The notes beneath the pieces were generated by a model. That model did no database searches, had not been told where the DNA came from, and was given only the letters and a program-made list of their open reading frames with translations. A stretch of DNA of 64,000 nucleotides from contig NC_043019.1 in NCBI RefSeq assembly GCF_006345805.1, positions 30,379,360 to 30,443,359 of the forward strand, given 5' to 3'. Positions 26,306 to 38,871 of this stretch are shown piece after piece; position 1 is the first letter of the stretch; the number at the start of each line of letters is the position of its first letter. The position numbers and the translations under genes are program-made. This DNA comes from Octopus sinensis (taxonomy: Eukaryota).

Positions 26306-26352
<47 letters not shown>

Positions 26353-26884
26353 TATTTGAGGTGGGGGGACAGCTTTTCTTTAAGGCAAGATATATTGTAA
26401 ACACAACTATGTTCCATTTTTTTATAGCAGATTTTTTTTTTTTTTTTGATTTGGTAATAAGACTCTTCTTGTAGCTTGTTCAGAATGATAGAGTTCCCAA
26501 ATTCATTTAACCCTTTAGAATTCAGATTACTCTGTCAAATGTAAGGATTATCAATTCACACTGTTTGGAATTAATCGTGCATTATCTCAGGCCTTCAACA
26601 TTTTCATGATGTGATTGTTTATTTTTGTAGAATGACATTGTAGGATAGGTGTGAGAAGCTAGATCTGACCTGTTTGAGCATAAAACGAGTAAAACAATTG
26701 GGTCAGATGTGCCTGGTTTAAATAAATGCTAAAGAGTTAATCAACATTTCCAGGTTAACTTAGTCTCATCCTCAAGATGTAGAGTGGTACTGACTTTGGT
26801 AAAGCCCCTTTTTGCAAAGAGGAGGCAAGGTGACATTTTTTTATGAAGACTTGACAAAATTTTCTTTGAGTGTATATGTGTGTA

Positions 26885-27500
26885 TCATCATCATCATCGT
26901 TTAACATCCGTTTTCCATGCTGGCATGGGTTGGACGGTTTGACTGGGGTCTGGGAAGACAAGACTGCACCAGGCTCCAGTCTGGTCTGGCAGTGTTTCTT
27001 CAGCTAGATGCCCTTCCTAACCCAACCACTCCGGGAGTATAGTGGGTGCATTTTACGTGCCACTGGTACAGGGGCTAGAGGGGGCTGGCAACGACCATGT
27101 TTCGATGGTGCTTTGACGTGCCGCCAGCACAGGAGCCAGAAGGAGCTGGCATCGACCACATTTAGATGGTACTTATACGTGCCACCGGCACGGGAGCCAG
27201 TCAAGGTGGCGCTGGCATCAGCCACGTTCGGATGCTGCTTTTTACATGCCACCGCCACAGGAGACAGACAGGGTGAGGCAGCTGCCATCAACCACATTTC
27301 GATTGTGGTTTTTAAGTGTCACCGACATGGGAAGCCAGTCAGGCGACACTGACATCAGCTACAACTACAATTTCCATCTGATTGTGGTTTGATTTGATTT
27401 TATTGTTGATGTACTTGACTCAATAGATCTCAAGCACAGCATACTGCCCCATGATCCAAAGGTACTTTTTGAGTGGGCTGCTTATGTGACTCAAGTGCCA
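26885..27500 (-). mobile_element. RTE-type 3' UTR-derived repeat
   Basis: Same tail, body and internal tandem units as 14253-14752. Confidence 0.75.
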
Positions 27501-27992
27501 AGAGCTTCATGTGACAAAATATTTCAAATACACGAAACTCTTGACCTTTGAGTAATTCAGTTGCTTCTCCTATATATATTACTCTTTTACTTGTTTCAGT
27601 CATTTGACTGCGGCCATGCTGGAGCACCGCCTTTAGTCGAGCAAATTGACCCCGGGACTTATTCTTTGTAAGCCCAGTACTTATTCTGTCGGTCTCTTTT
27701 GAAGAACAGCTAAGTGACGGGGACGTAAACACACCAGCATCGGTTGTCAAGCAATGCTAGAGGGACAAACACAGACACACAAACATATACACACACACAT
27801 ACATATATGTATATATACATATATACGACAGGCTTCTTTCAGTTTCCGTCTACCAAATCCACTCACAAGGCTTTGGTCGGCCCGAGGTTATAGCAGAAGA
27901 CACTTGCCCAAGATGCCACGCAGTGGGACTGAAGCCGGAACCATGTGGTTGGTAAGCAAGCTACTTACTACACAGCCACTCCATATATATAT

Positions 27993-28182
27993 ATTATATG
28001 ATTTAGAACGAACAGGTTGTTGTCATTACTGTATTCGGAGTTTCGGATGTTGGAGTGAAGAGCTATGATGCATTCTCATCGGCAATTAATAGCCAATGAG
28101 AATGCATCATAGCTCTTCGCTCCAACATCCGAAACTCCAAGTACTATAATGACAACTTACTGTTTGTTCTAAATGATATAAT
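27993..28182. repeat. ~190-bp foldback inverted repeat
   Basis: ~90-bp arms around an 8-nt loop (aattaata, 28084-28091). Confidence 0.9.
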
Positions 28183-28183
28183 A

Positions 28184-28460
28184 CTAGCAGTATTGCCCGG
28201 CGATGCTCGGGGCTGAATTGCTTGAAAGTACTGTTAATGATTGCACTGAATTATGATGATTATTCAGGCAAATATTGATATAAGTTTACAGCGAATGAAT
28301 GTATTTGTGAGTGTATAGAAAGCCGTGTAAAGGGGTTCCTACCCCCTCGTAGAATGGTGTAAGAATTGAATGCGAGGTTGCCTTGAAAAGAGCCATGTTA
28401 TTGTTCTCATAATTGTAAGAATTTGATAGTCGTGGAAGGCAGTGTAAAAAAAGACTCTAG
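28184..28460 (-). mobile_element. Helitron 3' end (5' boundary unknown)
   Basis: Minus strand CCCGAGCATCGCCGGG hairpin (28196-28211), 8-nt spacer, then CTAG|T terminus. Confidence 0.65.
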
Positions 28461-28571
28461 GTGTTCCAACAAAAAGAACAATGATAATGATCTCAAATTT
28501 TGACACAAGGCCAGTAGTTTCAGGGGAGGGGATAAATCTATTACATTGACCCCAGTGTGCAACTGGTATAT

Positions 28572-29051
28572 ATGTTTCTTTACTACCCACAAGGGGCTAA
28601 ATATAGAGGGGACAAACAAGGACAGACAAAGGGATTAAGTCGATTACATCGACCCCAGTGCGTAACTGGTACTTTATTTATCTAAGGCGGCTAGCTGGCA
28701 GACACATTAGCATGATGGGCGAAATGCTTAGTGGTATTTCGTCTGCCGCTATGTCCTGAGTTCAAATTCCGCCAAGGCCGACTTTGCTTTTCATCCTTTC
28801 GGGGTCGATAAATTAAGTACCAGTTACGCACTGGGGTCGATATAACCGACTTAATCCATTTGTCTGTCCTTGTTTGTCCTCTCTGTGCTTAGCCCCTTGT
28901 GGGTAGTAAAGAAATAGGTACTTTATTTATCGACCCCGAGAGGATGAAAGGCAAAGTCGACATCGGCGAAATTTGAACTCAGAACGTAAGGACAGACAAA
29001 ATACCGCTAAGCATTTTGCCCGGTGCGCTAACGTTTCTGCCAGCTTGCCGC
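28572..29051. mobile_element. SINE A (+) inserted inside SINE A (-)
   Basis: 15-bp TSD GGTACTTTATTTATC at 28668-28682 and 28917-28931. Confidence 0.85.
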
Positions 29052-29269
29052 CTCTGCAACTGGTATATAGTTTTTAACAAGCCTGAAAGAATGAAAGGCA
29101 AATTCACCATAATTATAATTATGATTTCTTTTATTTGCCTCAGGGGTAAAGATGAGGAGGAATAGTAATTAAGATGGAGATGAGAAGACAGGTGGAAGTG
29201 GTACCGTAGGACTCTGGTAGAATGGGAAAAGTAGTAAACTGTAGGTTGTGGTTCTATTTTATATTGGTG

Positions 29270-29560
29270 GATGGGAAGTGTGTGTGAGGTGTGAGTATGA
29301 GTATGTGTGAAAGATTGTGAGTGGGTGAGTGTGTGTGAGGTGTGAGAGTGCATGAGTAGGATGCATGTATGTGAATGAGAGTGCTTGTGTCAGTGAGAGT
29401 ACACATGTGAGTGTGTGCGTGTGTGAGAGACCATGCGGATGCGTGTGAGCAGATGCATGTGAGAGTGTGTACATATGTAAGTGAGAGTGACTGTGTTGGC
29501 ATGTATGTATATCTGCTGAGTGTGCTAGGTACTGTATTAATAGTGTGTGTGTGTGTGTAA
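29270..29560. repeat. Degenerate (GT)/(GA) low-complexity tract
   Basis: Direct inspection. Confidence 0.85.
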
Positions 29561-30189
29561 ATGGTAACCTATTTTTTTTTAAAGGGGTGCAGTAGTTCTT
29601 TATATTAAAAAAAAAAAGGGGGTTGCCAGCAAACAGTCCTACATTCAAAGACCCCTATTTGTGTGAGAGAAAGAGAAGGGGAACTTCACACATGGTCTCC
29701 ACCCGAAGATATTTATTATTCTGCTCCTGGAAGGGAGTATAACACTCTACTCAAGATATGGAAGGAAGGACGGTGGTAACGGTATGCTTAAGGAGTAGGT
29801 AACATCTCTTGCTTTTATTTTTTTTTTTTTCTTGTGGAGTGGGGGTAAGGAAGTATGGGGTGGGGCTGAGGTACCACAATGTTTTGTTTATGTTCATCTT
29901 AAACCAATCCTACCACCACCTCCACCACCATTGGTAAAGCAGCAACTGGTTTGGTGAGTTAAGTCCTTTGCCCAAGGATAAAGATTTATGGAAAAGGTGT
30001 GTGTGTGTGTGTGTGTGAAGTGGAGTGGGAAGGGATGGGGCAGCGAGCAAAGGAGATATTGTTGGGTGAGAAGCAAAGGGCAGAGAAAAAAAGCGAAACA
30101 GAGGGTGATGAGGAGGCAAAGAAAATTTTGCTGAGGTAGCATAAGAAACAGAGTGCAGTCACCACACGAAAAGAGTTAGATGAGGAAAC

Positions 30190-30390
30190 AGAGAGAGGCG
30201 CGTGATGGAGAGGAATCAATGGTGGTGGGCGAGGGAGGAGTAACCCGCCGTCGTCACCACCACCGCCGACGGATATCGGGTGTTGTGGGGCAGGGAGAAT
30301 GAAGTCAGGGTTTGGTGCAATATGAAGCGCGGCGCGGCGCGGCGGTGGATGGAGCCGGGTATATGGAATGATTGGCGGGTAGGGGTGGAT
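30190..30390 (-). promoter_or_regulatory. CpG-rich unique segment, possible internal promoter/enhancer
   Basis: Dense CpG (gcgcggcgcggcgcggcgg, ccgccgtcgtc) outside any recognised repeat; ATTGG (CCAAT on minus) at 30371 next to GGCGGG. Confidence 0.3.
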
Positions 30391-30900
30391 ATGATGCAAG
30401 ATTAACAAGTCAGGAAGGAGAACAGACTATTACTGTGTATATTAGGAGGGGAATGGTAAATAAGGTTGTTGTTATGTCTACTACTACCACCACCACCACC
30501 ACCATCGCCATAACTGGTGGGGGTGGTGGCACTACCGATGTTGCTGCTACCACCACCACATATAGCTATAAGAAAAATTAAAAAAAAAAAAAACTGGGGT
30601 GAGTAGCAGGGAAGAAAACTGATTACATATGCCAGAGAGGGTAGAGAGTTGGGGGTAGAATGTAAAGGGTGGGCAATGTTAAAGAGGTGGTGGTGGTGGT
30701 GGTGATGGGGAACCTGAAGACGGTGGGGGGAGAGAAAGAGAGAGCGGGGGAGGGAGGACTGATTTGGAGGAGAACAATGATAAATAACAATGTGGTGGCA
30801 AGATGGAAGAAGAGGATGGAGGGAGGACAGAGTATTACACCCTCAGAAAGACACATGCACACACACACACATGCACACACACATGTGCACACACACACAC

Positions 30901-31443
30901 ACACACAAAAAAAAAACATAAACAGACATAGTCAAATATACATATATAGACACAACACATATATCTCATTTACTCTTACTTGTTTCAGTCGTTTGACTGT
31001 GGCCATGCTGGAGCACCGCCTTTAGTTGAGCAAATCGACCCCCACGATTTATTCTTTGTAAGCCTAGTACTTATTCTATCGGTCTCTTTTGCCGAACTGC
31101 TATGTTACAGGGACGTAAACACACCAGCATCGGTTGTCAAGTGATGTTGGGGGGACAAACACAGACACACACACACCACACACACACAAAAAAAAACATA
31201 AACAGACATAGTCAAATATACATATATAGACACAACACATATATCTCATTTACTCTTACTTGTTTCAGTCGTTTGACTGTGGCCATGCTGGAGCACCGCC
31301 TTTAGTTGAGCAAATCGACCCCCACGATTTATTCTTTGTAAGCCTAGTACTTATTCTATCGGTCTCTTTTGCCGAACTGCTATGTTACAGGGACGTAAAC
31401 ACACCAGCATCGGTTGTCAAGTGATGTTGGGGGGACAAACACA

Positions 31444-31460
<17 letters not shown>
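30901..31460. repeat. 280-bp tandem duplication bounded by (CA)n
   Basis: Sequence from 30921 recurs at 31201 with no differences seen outside the (CA)n. Confidence 0.95.
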
Positions 31461-31489
<29 letters not shown>

Positions 31490-32219
31490 CGATGGGCTTC
31501 TTTCAGTTTCCATCTACCAAATCTACTCACAAGGCTTTGGTCAGCCTGGAGGCTATAGTAGAAGACACTGACCCAAGGTGCCATGCAATGGGGCTGAACC
31601 CGGAACTACTTACCACATAGCCACTCCTACGCCCATAACATATGCATACATTTATGTAGAGGGAAAGAGAAAGATGGTGAGACACATACATTGAAAATGG
31701 CTATGATGACAAAATCATAGAAAATAGCTTAGTAACAGCAATGTTAATAGGACTATGGTGATGATGATGGCCAACAATGATACTGGGGTGGTGGTGGTGG
31801 TGACAGAGAAGGCAGTGGGAGTAATGATGACAATGATAATGATGATGATGGTGGTGGTGGCAGGCCATGAAGACCATGTCAATAGTAGCACCGATTATGG
31901 CAATAATGAAAGTAGCGAATGACAAGAGTGGCAGTGATGACAACAATAAGGATAGTGATGATGACAATGACAAGGGTAGCCATGGTGATGATGATGGTCG
32001 AAATAACAATAGTGATGAAATTCCTAAGTAAATTTGATGCAATGTCCATGAGAACTTTCATGGCTGTGTAGCTAAGCTAAGGAATCCATTTCTCAATCAT
32101 ATAGTTTACACTAGGCCAGTGATTTTGTATATATATATATCATCCTCATCATCATTTAGCATCTGCTTTCCATGTTGGCATGGTTTCTACGGCTGGATGC
32201 CCCTCCCAAAACCAACTAC

Positions 32220-32633
32220 GGATCTTTTCAGTTTCAACGGTAGTTTTTTCTAGCGGTGTCATATGAAATTGTCACCCATAATTATGACCTTAGTATCGAT
32301 CTATTGCATTTCAATCTGTTTTAGGGTTAGGGGTGGGGGAAGGGTGTCTTTTTTTTTTCTTCAGAAATGTAAATAAACCCAATCTGTTTCTTAAACGAGG
32401 GACATATTCATATGGCACAGAATGTTTTCACCTCAATAGACGTCATTGATTGGTTGAAATTGCAGAAATTGAAGAAAAAAAAACAACAAATATCTTACAA
32501 ACTATAGAATTTTCTCAATAAAGCCAAGAGAAAAAGATGTTTTATAAACACATTCTACCAGTATACAAAGTTTAAAAGTGTTTAGTTACGTGGAAATTAT
32601 TTAAAAAAACTGCCGGTCAAACCGAAAAGATCC
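32220..32633. mobile_element. Non-autonomous DNA transposon (MITE), Merlin-like
   Basis: ~28-bp imperfect TIRs starting GGATCTTTTC; 8-bp TSD CCAACTAC (32212-32219 and 32634-32641). 5'-GG termini with an 8-bp TSD fit Merlin better than hAT. Confidence 0.85.
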
Positions 32634-33223
32634 CCAACTACTCCAAGAGTGTAATGGGTGCCTTTTACATGCTGCCAGTTACATGACACCAGCACTGGCC
32701 ACAACTACAGTTTCACTTGGGTTGACATTTATGAAAATGTACACAGTACTTTTAATATGGCTTCATGAACAAAGTATGTATGTATGGATGGATGGATGGT
32801 TGGAGGGATAGATGTTTGTGCATGTATATCATCAACAGATGGCAAAATTGGACGACAAGTCCTTTTTATGTTTTGATTACATTCTTCTAAAGTTGATAAA
32901 ATATGTACTATACTAGATGAAGTGCTGGGTTCAATGGAATTGGCTAAAACCCTTGAAAGTGGCACCTCATCATGGATGCAGTCCAATGACTGAAACCTAT
33001 AAAAAAAAATTCCACACTCTTGCTCTGTGTGTGTGTGTTTGTGTGAGGCGGGGTGGGGGTAAAGAAGCTTGCTTCTTAACCATATGGTTTTGGGTTCTTG
33101 GGTATGCACCTTGACATATAACCATGGACACAACCTCACACCAACCAACCCTTTATGCTGAGTCACATCCCCCTCTCTCCCGTCTGGTAGCTAAACCCTC
33201 GAAGCCTCCTCTTACATCTATGG

Positions 33224-33442
33224 CAGTGCTTTTCAACCTTTTTGCTGGAGCGGAACCCCAAGGAAACATTCCACTGGCTCAAGGAACCCCTGTGCAATAA
33301 TTTAATTGTCTTATGCACACATATCTGCACAGGAGAATTAAAAATTACTGTCGATTTTAGCATTTTTGTAACTTCTTGCGGAAACCCTGGACTGTACTGG
33401 CGGAACCCTAAGGTTCCGCGGAACCCTGGTTGAAAACCACAG
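33224..33442. mobile_element. hAT-family MITE
   Basis: CAGTGCTTTTCAACC...GGTTGAAAACCACAG termini; perfect 8-bp TSD ATCTATGG. Confidence 0.9.
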
Positions 33443-33493
33443 ATCTATGGGCTCTTACATGTATAGAGACGAAATATGGACTTCACAAATTAC

Positions 33494-33514
33494 CCATTTC
33501 AGAAGGCGATAAAC
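33494..33514 (-). CDS. Candidate 21-nt microexon (phase 1: GLSPSEM)
   Basis: tttctgtcaag|gtttatcgccttctgaaatgg|gtaatt; an alternative upstream acceptor also exists. Confidence 0.2.
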
Positions 33515-33654
33515 CTTGACAGAAACTGGTAGTGAGGAGAGACTTTTTAGCCATTCTCACATGGGACAACCTTTCTAGTGTTGTTGACATGTACCCTGAG
33601 CACACAGTAAGACATACAGAACATCAAAGGTGATTGATATTCTATATTGCAGTA

Positions 33655-33686
<32 letters not shown>

Positions 33687-34053
33687 CAAGCTGATAAAAG
33701 AACAATCCGACTCATAGCTCAACATGTAATAAACATGAGTTGTAGCAAAGCCTGTAATACTTATTGAACTGGCACTCCACATCCTTAAACAACAATAATA
33801 TTTCCTAGTGTAGGTACCAAGGCCTGAAATTTTAGGGGAAAGAAAAAGAACAAGTTTGAGTACACTGACCTCACTTCACTGCTCAGTTGCTACCTATTTT
33901 AATAGGAGGAACAGCAAAGTCAACCTTGGAAGAATTTGAATTCAGAATGTAATGACTCAGAAGAAATAGTGCAAAGCACCTTTTCTGATGCATTAACTGC
34001 TCTGCTAGCTCACAGCTTTAAATAACGTGTTTTTTTTCCCCCTCTTTTTATAC

Positions 34054-35357
34054 TTTTCTACTCTAAGCACAAGGCTCAATTTTTTTTATTTTTTTAATTT
34101 TTGGTGGGGTGGTAGCCCAGTCGATTAGATCGACCTCAGTAAGCAACTGGTACTTAATTCATTGACCTCGAAAGGATAAAATGCAAAGTCGACCTCAGCG
34201 GAATTTGAACTCAGAACGCAACAGCAGACGAAATACCTATTTCTTTACTACCACAAGAGATGACAAACAAGGACAGACAAACGGATTAAGTCGATTATAT
34301 CGACCCCAGTAAGCAACTGGTACTTATTTAATCGACCCCGAAAGGATGAAAGGCAAAGTCGACCTCAGCGGAATTTGAACTCAGAACGTAACGGCAGATG
34401 AAATACCTATTTCTTTACTACCCACAAGGGGCTAAACACAGAGGGGACAAACAAGGACAGACAAACGGATTAGATTAAGTTGATTATATCGACCCCAGTG
34501 TGTAACTGGTACTTATTTAATCGACCCGAAAAGATGAAAGGCAAAGTCGACCATGGCGGAATTTGAACTCAGAACGTAGCGGCAGACGAAATACTGCTAA
34601 GCATTTCGCCCTGTGTGCTAACGGTTTTGCCAGCTCGCTACCACAAATGGTGGTGGTGGAGGACACAAAACAGGAATAAGAAAATATAGGAAAGGCATAA
34701 AACGAGATAAGCCCCCCCAACAGAGTTATGGCTACTTAAAGCCAATCAAAAAAAAAACTCCAGGATATAACAGATAAGTGCCATCTCGTAGTTGTACTCT
34801 GTGACCTAGAGATTTTGCTGCTGTTTCAAGCAGGTCGAACAACCGCGTAAAGGCTCCCTTGTTGTATGGAGGTATATACTGCGCTGTGTTAAGATGTAAC
34901 TTGGTTAACTGGTATATGTTTTAAACCACTACTACAACTAATAATAATAATAATAATCCTTTCTACTATAAGCACAAGGGCTGAAATTTGTGGGGAGGGG
35001 GTAGTTGATCACATCGACACCAGTACTTGACTGGTACTTAATTTATCGACCCCAAGGATGAAAGGTTAAGTCGATCTCGGCGGAATTTGAACTCAGAACA
35101 TAGCGACAGACAAAATACCTATTTCTTTACTACCCACAAGGGGCTAAACACAGAGGGGACAAACAAGGACAGACAAACGGATTAAGTCGATTATATCGAC
35201 CCCAGTGCGTAACTGGTACTTGTTTAATCGACCCCGAAAGGATGAAAGGCAAAGTCGACCTCGGCGGAATTTGAACTCAGAACGTAACGGCAGACGAAAT
35301 ACGGCTACGCATTTCGATACCGCTAAGCATTTCGCCCGGCATGCTACCGATTCTGCT
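34054..35357 (-). mobile_element. SINE A trimer (34054-34640) and dimer (34958-35357)
   Basis: Head-to-tail units joined at aaatacctatttctttac. Confidence 0.85.
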
Positions 35358-35732
35358 GTTGGTTATATTGCCTAATGTAGTATCAATTATGATATGAGTA
35401 AGTAGTGATGAACACAGGATTGCGCGTACATTACAATGCAGGCACACGACACACGAACAAGAATGCATCCGAGTCACACACACAGACGTTATATAGTCAA
35501 CCGCAATAGGTAAACTGGTAAAATTTAGTAGTGCAAGGGAGATAACTAATGTAAAACCGTAGATCGTTGCAATTAGGTTTGTTTGACGCTAATGATTTCA
35601 TCCTCATCAAAAGCGATCCTTCGAGTGTCGACAAGATTAATCTATTCTATGTTTAAGGTTACCACGTAGTGATTAGCAATGGATTGAACCATCAGCCTTG
35701 AATGAAAAATAGATATTTTATATGCGAGAAAA

Positions 35733-35963
35733 GGGCGGCGAGCTGGCAGAAACGTTAGCACGCCGGGCGAAATACGTGTAGCCGTATTTCGTCTGCCGTT
35801 ACGTTATGGGTTCAAATTCCGCCGAGGTCGACCTTGCCTTTCATCCTTTCGGGGTCGATAAATTAAGTACCAATTACGAACTGGGGTCGATGTAATCGAC
35901 TTAATCCCTTCATCTGTCCTTGTTTGTCCCCTCTGTGTTTAGCCCTTGTGGGTAGTAAAGAAA
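35733..35963 (+). mobile_element. SINE family A (tRNA head, gcctttcatcctttcggggtcgataaattaagtaccag Meta/Nin-like domain), full length
   Basis: A-box TGGCAGAAACGTT and B-box GTTCAAATTCC; more than 20 copies or fragments in the window (e.g. 16494-16728+, 38172-38399-, 40223-40453-, 41790-42030-, 46493-46723-, 56484-56715+). Confidence 0.9.
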
Positions 35964-36767
35964 TATATATATATGAGAGAGATATAGAGAGAAAGAGAGA
36001 GCAAATAGAATTTGAGACATTATTATTACTGGACGGCGAACTGGCCAAAGCGGTAGAGCCCAAAAGCTTTATGATATTTCTTCCAGCTCTTTACGTCCCG
36101 AGTTCAAACTCCACCAAGATCAACTTTGCCTTTCCTTTTGCAGCAGCTAGTCGACAAAATAAAGTATCAGTCAAGTATTGGGTTCAGTGGTATCGACTGA
36201 TTCCTTCCCCTCAAAACTCTTAGCCATGTACCTAAACCAGAAACCATTGATAGTGGATTTGACAAGCTGACACAATCGTTCGCACGCCGGACAAAATGCT
36301 TAGCGGCATTTCATCCGTCTTTACGTTCTGAGTTCAAATTCCACTGAGGTCGATGTAATCGACTTAACTTCTCATGGAGGCGTTTGGCTTAGTGGTTAGG
36401 GGTGTTGGACTTATGATCGTAAGATTGTGGTTTCAATTCCTGGACAGGGCGACACGTTGTGTTCTTTAGCAAAACACATCGTTTCAAATTGCTCCAGTCA
36501 ACTCTGCTGGTAAAAATGAATAATCCTGCAATGGACTGATGTCCTATCCAGGTGGGGAGGACACACCTCATCAATTGGGAATGAAGTTCAACATTATTGA
36601 TACAGTTATAATATATATATATATAAATATACGATTAAATTATCCATTGTATTCTCTCCCTTTAAAACAGTATTAGGTGATTAGGTTGCTATTTCTAGCA
36701 AGTTCAGCAACCCGACCACATGCGGCTTGAAGAAGCAGTGTGAAATTGATTAGTGGTTTATCATTAC

Positions 36768-36794
36768 CTGGCAATGTAGTAGTAAGTTCTAATT
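36768..36794 (-). CDS. Candidate 27/21-nt microexon (phase 1: ELELTTTLP)
   Basis: Pyrimidine tract, ctaac branch point, two in-frame acceptors (exon starts at 36794 or 36788), donor cag|gtaatg. Confidence 0.35.
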
Positions 36795-36896
36795 CTTGTA
36801 TGGATTACAGTTAGGGGGAGAGGGACAGAGAGATGAAGGGAGAGAGGGAGGGAGGGAGAAAAGAATTTGTCAAACTGACTTGTCCCAGATATACAC

Positions 36897-36929
36897 CCAA
36901 AGAAGATGAGCCAGCAGGCGAGTCTCTGC
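36897..36929 (-). CDS. Candidate 33-nt exon (phase 1: GRDSPAGSSSL)
   Basis: ttttgctgctatttcttgtag|33 nt|gtgtat; strong acceptor with TGCTGC, weak donor. Confidence 0.4.
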
Positions 36930-37534
36930 CTACAAGAAATAGCAGCAAAATTACCATCTCGATCGATGAATGGATGGATGGATGGATAGATTGAAAATAA
37001 GATGGGGGTGGTGATATCTGTAACACTGTTAATCACAAATCTGCTGGATCAGGGGTGACTCGGGGCTGAACAAGTGCAATAGCATTAGATGAAACACAAG
37101 TCTCCGACAGTGCTGCTGCACCAGTACAGCAGGGTGGGGTGGGGCTAATACATAGAGAGAGCAGAAAACAATGAAGCCCCCTGAAGCTGAAGTAAAAAAA
37201 AAAAGGAAAAAAAAAACCATAATAATCTGATAAAAAAAAATAAACCATTAACAATCTAATTACTCTTCTAAGTTTATACAGCAACAAAGTATGGAAACGA
37301 GGAATGATGTGGTGGTGGTGGTGGTGGTGGTGGTATTGAAGGATTACATTCTTGGAGATGACATAATAAGAGACTGTCTCCCTCTGCCTCCTCATCCGAT
37401 GTCTGCTATTGAAAAAGATGCAGGCTTTGCAGAGACACAACAAAAACTGGGACACAAATTCCTCAGAAACTGGAGAATTTCTGGTGCAATGAACCAACTA
37501 TAAAATAATAATAATAATTATAATAATAATAATA

Positions 37535-37578
<44 letters not shown>

Positions 37579-38871
37579 CTCTATTTTGTATGCATGTACA
37601 TGAGATTATGCATGTGTGTGTGTGCATACCAGATATAGATCAATGTAAATATCTATGTTATTTACATTTAAAGTAAAGAAACCCTTAAAAAACCCCCAAA
37701 AAGCTGTGTAACTCAAGAAATGAGCTCAACTATTAAACACATAGAAATTGATAAAATAAATACCGGATCACTTATTAGGGTCAATATTTTTGACTAAAAC
37801 CCTTGAAACAGTAGCCCAGCATGGCCACAATCCTTGGATTGTGGATAGAAAAATATGGAAAAACAAGTGTTAGTGTCTTTCTGTGTGTATACATCTCCCA
37901 AAATGTTGCCTCTGCTAAGTATTTAAATATTTTTGCCCTTGTGGAAAATACAGAATTATTATTATTTTTTGAACGGTGTATCTTGAAGCAGATAAAGCTA
38001 TAAATAATAGCATGTAGATATTGGGTTAAAAACATTTGGATAGAAAAGGTTGGAGACTGCCCATTATTATACAGAAAGTAATTAAAGCTTTGAATTATTT
38101 TTCTGTCTTTACTGTGTAACTTTCTTTTTATCCTGGCAAATTATTATTATTACTAACAATAATAATAATAATATTTCTTTACTGCCCACAAAGGGCTAAA
38201 CACAGAGGGGACAAGCAAGGACAGACAAACGGATTAAGTCGATTACATCGACTCCAGTGGGAAACTGGTACTTTATTTATCGACCCCGAAAGGATGAAAG
38301 GCAAAGTCGACCTCGGCGGAATTTGAACTCAGAACGTAACGACAGACGAAATACGGCTACGCATTTCGCCTGGCGTGCTAACGTTTCTGCCAGCTCGCCA
38401 ATAATAATATATATTATTATTATTACTACTACTACTACAATTACAACTACTACGATTATTATTACCATTATTATTATTATTATGAAAGCTATGAACTCAA
38501 AGAAGAAAAAAAAAAAAGGTCAGAAGACAATATGAAGTAATGACTCCATGCTGGAAATATCTAGAATAATAGAGCTTTTTTTTCCCCTCACTCCTTTAAA
38601 TTTTCTCCATAAACAACTCACTTTTTAATCTTAAATGAACATTCTTATTTTGGAAAGAGAGGAGAGAGAGAGAGAGGGAGAGCCTCTTGTGAACTTTCAC
38701 TGTCTTTTCCTTGCTGTACACATTGTTTAGAATGAATGGTTCTTTTGTTGTTGTTGTTGTTATTATTATTCTAGTCTTCAGGAAATGAAAAACACTTCAG
38801 TTCTTCATATTGCTTCTCCAGAGTTTTCTAAGCTATTGCTGTATGTGTGTGTGTGTAAATAAATATATAAA

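Noticed and set aside
29986-30408. 140-aa Pro/His-rich minus-strand ORF
   Set aside because: Stop-free because of C-rich low-complexity composition; no splice or homology support.
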